From Octopus sinensis (Eukaryota): a stretch of DNA of 64,000 nucleotides. Shown here in pieces: positions 59,965-64,000 of this stretch (its first letter is position 1; each line of letters begins with the position of its first letter). The notes under the pieces were generated by a model. The model worked only from the letters and a program-made list of their open reading frames with translations. It was not told where the DNA came from and ran no database searches. The translations under genes were made by a program, and so were the position numbers. Location: NCBI RefSeq assembly GCF_006345805.1, contig NC_043023.1, positions 14,818,001 to 14,882,000 on the forward strand, in the 5' to 3' direction.

Positions 59965-60990
59965 GTGAGAACTGGAGAGAGAGAAAGAACGAGTGAGAGA
60001 GAGAGAATGACAGAGAGAGAGAGAATGACAGAGAGAGAGAGAATGACAGAGAGAGAGAGAGAATAACAAAGAGAGAGAGAGAATGACAGAGAGAGAGAGA
60101 ATGACAGAGAGAGAGAGAATGACAGAGAGAGAGAGAATGACAGAGAGAGAGAGAATGACAGAGAGAGAGAGAATGACAGAGAGAGAGAGAATGACAGAGA
60201 GAGAGAGATGACAGAGAGAGAGAGAATGACAGAGAGAGAGAGAATGACAGAGAGACAGAAATGAAAGGAGAGAGAGAGAGAGAGAGAGAATGACAGAGAG
60301 AGAGAGAATGACCAGAGAGGAGAGAGAATGACAGAGAGAGAGAGAGAGAGAATAAACAAAGCGGAGAGAGAGAATGACAGAGAGAGAGAGAGAATAAAAC
60401 AAAGAGAGAGAGAGAATGACAGAGAGAGAGAGAATGACAGAGAGAGAGAAGAGAGAGGAGAGAATTGACACAGAGAGAGAGAATGACAGAGAGAGAGAGA
60501 ATAACAAAGAGAGAGAGAATGACAGAGAGAGAGAGAATGACAGAGAGAGAGAATGACAGAGAGAGAGAATGACAGAGAGAGAGAAGAGAGAGAGAGAGAA
60601 TGACAGAAGAGAGAATGACAGAGAGAGAGAGACATGACAGAGAGAGAGAGAATACAGAGAGAGAGAGATGACAGAGAAGAGAGAATACAAAGAGAGAGAG
60701 AGAATGACAGAGAGAGAGAATGACAGAGAGAGAGAGAATGACAGAGAGAGAGAGAATAACAAAGAGAGAGAGAGAGAATAACAAAGAGAGAGAGAATGAC
60801 AGAGAGAGAGAGAATGACAGAGAGAGAGAAGGAGAGAATGACAGAGAGAGAGAGAGAAATAAACAGGCAGACAAAGAGAGACAGGGAGATAGAAGAGTGA
60901 CAAAGAGAGACAAAGAGAGACAGAGAAAAGAGAGAGAAAGAAAGAGAGACAGAAAAAAAGAGAAGGACAGACAGAGAAATGACAGAGAGA
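59965..60990. repeat. (GA)n-ATGACA satellite, about 1 kb
   Basis: Direct inspection. Confidence 0.95.
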
Positions 60991-61220
60991 GGGAGAAAAA
61001 GAGAAATAGAGTGTGTGAGCGTGTACGCATGCACACGTGTGAAATATAGAGCATGAACAGAAAAGATTAGGAAAAAGTGTGTGAGTGTGTGTGTGTATGA
61101 GAGAGAGAGAGAGAGAATGTATATGTGAATGTAAGAAAGAGAGAAACAGAGTGAGTGTAAGAGAGAGAATTTCAATGTGTGGGAGAGAGTGTGAATGAAA
61201 GAAGATAGTGAGAGACAACG

Positions 61221-61452
61221 TCATCATCATCATCGTTTAGTGTCCGCTTTCCATGCTAGCATGGGTTGGACGGTTCAACTGGGGTCTGGGAAGCCCAGAG
61301 GCTGCACCAGGCCCAGTCTGATCTGGCAGTGTTTCTACGGCTGGATGCCAGATCAGACTGGGCCTGGTGCAGCCTTCTGGCTTCCTAGACCCCAGTTGAA
61401 CCGTCCAACCCATGCTAGCATGGAAAGCGGATGCTAAACGATGATGATGATG
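61221..61452. repeat. Inverted duplication of an RTE 3' end, about 107-bp arms, 17-nt loop
   Basis: Arms 61221-61328 and 61346-61452, each ending in the (GAT)n tail. Confidence 0.92.
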
Positions 61453-62694
61453 GTGACGTAAGAGACAAATTGGGTAAGTAAAAAAAAAAGGGACAGTGAA
61501 CTGGGATAAATGGAATGCAGAAATAGAGGCAGTAAATATGCAGAAAAATCAAATTTAACCCTTTAACTCTTTTGGATATCAAACTGTCTGAGGCAGCCCT
61601 TGGTTTTATGACATAAACCTCCTGTTTTAAAGTCATCATCATCATTGTTTAACATCTGCCTTCCATGCTGGCATGGGTTGGACGGTTTGATAGGAACCGG
61701 CACCAGACTTCTATGTCTGTTTTGGCATGGTTTTTACAGATGGATGTCCTTTCTATCACCAGCCATCCCAAAGAGTGGATTGAGTGCTTTCTACATGGCA
61801 CCAGCACAGGCGAGGTCAGTTTTGGAAAGGTCTTTACAGCTGGATGCCCTTCCAAATGCCAACCACTTTACAATGTGGACCGAGTGCTTATTACATGGCA
61901 CCAGCACAAATGTGGTCAGTTTTGGCAAGGTTTTTACAGCTGGATGTCCTTCCAAATGCCAACCACTTCACAATGTGGGCTGGATGCATTTTTTTTTTTT
62001 TACATGGCACCAGCACTCGCAGGGTCACCAAGTAACTGGCAAGACAAAGACATTTTGAGAAGGGAGGAGGGCATTGAAGGAGATGATCTTGTGTTAGATG
62101 ATGAAAGGTTATAGTGAAACAGAGAGACAGAAACAGGTGTCTTGCTGTAAGAGGAGGGGACATGGTTACCCAGCTGATCTAAATTAAAACCATCAAAATT
62201 TCTTATTAACTTGTATTCTATAGTTCAGCTTAACCACTTGATGCTGGTATTATCAAACAAAATGCCCCAAAAAGCTACACGTTTGCATTATGTTATATAT
62301 ACAATAATAATGAAGGACGTTACCGTATACATTTTTACAAACTAAGGACATTATATAGACCTCATTGACTCAAGTTAGAGAAGGGGTGCGTATTATACAC
62401 AAGGTTTAGGTTTTTCAGAGGTACAGCTCCCTAAAAATCCCCTGCGTATTATACTCAAGGGTGGACTATACTCGAGGATTTACGATAATTCAAATCAATG
62501 TACATCAATACTCATTACATCTGATAGACTAATCTGAGTGTTAAAGGGTTAAGAAAAAGGACCTCTTTTAGCTTTTTGCCCATTTCACAACCTTTCCCCA
62601 CCAATTAAGGGTTAGAAGATATACATGCAACCTTTTCTCGACCAATTAAGGGTCGAAAGACAACAAAGGAAGCCAATATCCAGGCACCACTTAC

Positions 62695-62767
62695 CATGTG
62701 TCTCTGTAGTATGCTCCGACTTTTCATAAACTTTAAACAAAATTCACATATGTACAATTTTGGTAAT
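62695..62767 (-). CDS. KAT6A/B: KAT6 exon, MYST zinc finger (R)[24 protein letters not shown]
   Basis: CAG acceptor, GTAAG donor at 62694, 73 nt (1 nt + 24 codons). Confidence 0.95.
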
Positions 62768-62880
62768 CTGGAAAGCAAAAGAGAAAACATCATTAAGAGA
62801 GGACTAATTACAGCTAAAGTAATTTATTTTCTTCGTTTTGGGATTTGGATTGCAAGATTCTTTATATGAGTATTGTAGCA

Positions 62881-63080
62881 TATTCTGTTGTGTCTGGGGA
62901 GAGTCATTTTCTTTTTGTGACTTATAAATAACAGACAGAGTCAAGACTATTGAAAAGGTTGGAAGACACAATGAAAATTTTAGGAAAATAAAAGTAAGAA
63001 ATAAGTGGAAATTTTACCGGTGAGTGTGTTACATTAGAAGGCACAAAAAGAAAGTGACTCTCTCCAGACACAACAGAATA
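62881..63080. mobile_element. 200-bp MITE with about 39-bp TIRs
   Basis: TATTCTGTTGTGTCTGGGGAGAGTCATTTTCTTTTTGTG ... CACAAAAAGAAAGTGACTCTCTCCAGACACAACAGAATA; solo TIR at about 43678-43715. Confidence 0.75.
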
Positions 63081-63664
63081 ATTAATTTTCATTATGTTAC
63101 AATTAGTAAGAGGCTGCCAGTTCACTCCTACTGTGCAGCAGCATTTTGGACAGGTGTCTTTACGTGATTGCTTTGGGGGTGTTGAACGCCTTTCCAGTGA
63201 AAAGGCATCTCTCTGCCCTCATACGTGTGTGTGTGTATGTGGCGAGAGAGAGTTCAAGCGAGAGAGGAGAGAGCAAGCAAAAGAGAAGAGAGAGAGAACA
63301 TAAGCAAAAGAAAGTGGAGAATAGTATTAGTAAGAAATAAAGAACCCCCTTCGGTCACGAATGACCATGAGGTTGAGCCTGCAATGTTCCCCTCCAAGGT
63401 ACGAGTCTGGGAAAAGTTGTTCGTGGAAGACCAACAGTTGCTCCTGCATACCCCCCCCACACTGATGTTATCCAAGGGAAAGGCAAAGGGGCCAATACAG
63501 CTTGGCACCAGTGACGTCACAACCCATTTCTACAGATGAGTGAACTGGAGCAACGTGAAATAAAAGGTCTTGCTCAGGAACACAACACACAGCCTGGTCC
63601 AGGAATCAAACTCACAACCTCACGATCGTCAGCTCGATGCTCTAACCACTGAGCCATGTGCCTT

Positions 63665-64000
63665 CAGTTAGTAGTAGTGGTGGTGGTGGTAGTGGTGGTG
63701 GTAGTAGTAGTGTGGTGGTAGTAGTAGTGGTGGTGGTAGTAATAGTGGTGGTAGTAATAGTGGTAGTAGTAGTAGTGGTGGTAGTGGTGGTGGTAGTGGT
63801 GGTGGTAGTGGTGGTGGTAGTAGTTATGGTAGTAGTGATGGTAGTGGTGGTAGTGGTGATGGTAGTGGTGAAGGTAGTAGTGATGGTAGTAGTGATGGTA
63901 GTAGTGATGGTAGTAGTGATGGTAGTAGTGATGGTAGTAGTGATGGTAGTAGTGGTGGTAGTAGCGGTGGTAGTAGCGGTGGTAGTAGCGATGGTAGTGG
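63665..64000. repeat. (GGT/AGT)n trinucleotide array
   Basis: Direct inspection. Confidence 0.95.

Noticed and set aside
62768-64000. Preceding MYST exon (the WYSSPYP-type segment)
   Set aside because: Not found; it must lie beyond the window.

Overview
AT-rich, microsatellite- and SINE-dense animal genomic DNA; the repeat families look like those of Octopus (recognition from memory, not a search). One protein-coding gene runs on the minus strand: the 3' portion of a MYST-family histone acetyltransferase of the KAT6A/KAT6B (MOZ/MORF, fly enok) group. I traced 11 GT-AG exons with consistent phases from 62767 to the stop at 9105-9107, about 1,700 codons. They cover the C2HC zinc finger, the MYST HAT core, acidic/low-complexity tracts and the Ser/Met-rich tail ending MRR*. 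The 5' exons lie beyond base 64000. The 3.6 kb terminal exon has a one-base frameshift in a GAA/GAG tract at about 11925, and there is a candidate 75-nt cassette exon at 29661-29735. The rest is transposon debris: tRNA-headed SINEs, RTE and CR1 LINE ends, a deleted mariner, a Tigger remnant, TTAA MITEs, Helitrons and large minisatellites. The most unusual signals are minimal type-I hammerhead ribozyme folds in three unrelated non-autonomous elements (two with a CCGACGA core variant, one on a tRNA-headed element) and about nine fold-back inverted repeats that could form dsRNA.
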